A DNA stretch of 33,188 nucleotides from a virus. Lineage: Duplodnaviria; Caudoviricetes. Below, piece by piece: positions 32,686-33,188 of this stretch. The position numbers and the translations under genes were made by a program. The stretch covers positions 1-33,188 of IMG/VR virus record IMGVR_UViG_3300020043_003669; one strand, 5' to 3'. Position 1 is the stretch's first letter. Every line of letters starts with the position of its first letter. The notes under the pieces were generated by a model that was not told where the DNA came from, ran no database searches, and worked only from the letters and a program-made list of their open reading frames with translations.

Positions 32686-33168
32686 TCAGTTGAATTCGAT
32701 GGGGCCATCTTGACCGGCCAGGACTGGATCGACGGGCGGACGGATGAAGGGGTTGTCGTAGACGCGCCAAGGCTTGTTGCCTGCGCCTGCTGGCATGGTG
32801 CTGGGCAGTTGTTGCTGCACTGGCATGGCTGCGCGTGACAGAAGCGTGTTGTAGGACTCCTTGGCCGTGGCCTTGGTGTCGGGCATGACCTGCTTGCCGT
32901 AGGACGGGCCGAGCTTGATCGCCAGGTTGGTGTAGATAGCCTCGTTGGAGCTGTCGGGCACGTTGGTCTGCTCGTCCAGATCGCTGTCCTGGGGGCTAGA
33001 TGGCAGAGGGTAGCCGAGGCGGATGCCCAGGGCGTTCCATGCGGCCATCTGGGTGTCCAAGCGCCGGAGGGCAGATTGCATTTGCTCTGGCCCGAGGTCA
33101 AAGGCGTAGGAGGCCAGTCCGATCTCGTCGAAGGCCTGCTCGATAAATTGGCGCTTGGTCCATCCCAT
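32686..33168 (-). CDS. Head-tail adaptor, P22 gp4-like
   Basis: TKRQFIEQAFDEIGL...ALRRLDTQMAAW...GIRLGY...NLAIKLGPSYG...MPAGAGNK; GGAG RBS favours the ATG at 33168. Confidence 0.9.
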   Translation of the reverse strand: MGWTKRQFIEQAFDEIGLASYAFDLGPEQMQSALRRLDTQMAAWNALGIRLGYPLPSSPQDSDLDEQTNVPDSSNEAIYTNLAIKLGPSYGKQVMPDTKATAKESYNTLLSRAAMPVQQQLPSTMPAGAGNKPWRVYDNPFIRPPVDPVLAGQDGPIEFN

Positions 33169-33188
33169 TGTCATTCTCCAGTTGGCGC

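Noticed and set aside
30500-32838. Plus-strand ORFs 30500-31417 and 32074-32838
   Set aside because: Antisense to well-supported tail genes.

Overview
This window is most of a small, GC-rich tailed-phage genome with P22/Sf6-like (podovirus) gene order, opened inside the head genes. It starts within the scaffolding gene and ends just upstream of a gp4-like head-tail adaptor; only the major capsid region seems to be missing. The minus strand at 1-10221 carries scaffold, portal, TerL, TerS, a small secreted peptide, NinG, a run of small ORFs, NinB, an orphan DNA methyltransferase, a ~540-bp non-coding stretch dense in hairpins, a stand-alone replication-protein C-terminal domain and a Cro-like HTH protein. 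The plus strand at 10343-16845 carries Erf, a YqaJ exonuclease, an HNH endonuclease, SSB, an Arc-like protein, a MazG-like pyrophosphatase and many small modular ORFs. The minus strand at 16836-33168 carries an M15 endolysin, two holin candidates (one resembling T4 holin T), two fibre/spike proteins, ejection proteins (gp16/gp20/gp7-like, the last fused to an auto-cleaving chaperone domain), a GNAT protein and gp26/gp10/gp4-like tail genes. I could not recognise an integrase, CI, Q, helicase/primase, spanin, tRNA or CRISPR array. A Betaproteobacteria host is my inference. The most unusual part is the replication region (9005-10000), where three candidate structured RNAs flank a replication protein lacking its usual DNA-binding domain. 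All RNA structures were paired by eye and all homologies come from motif recognition, not database searches.
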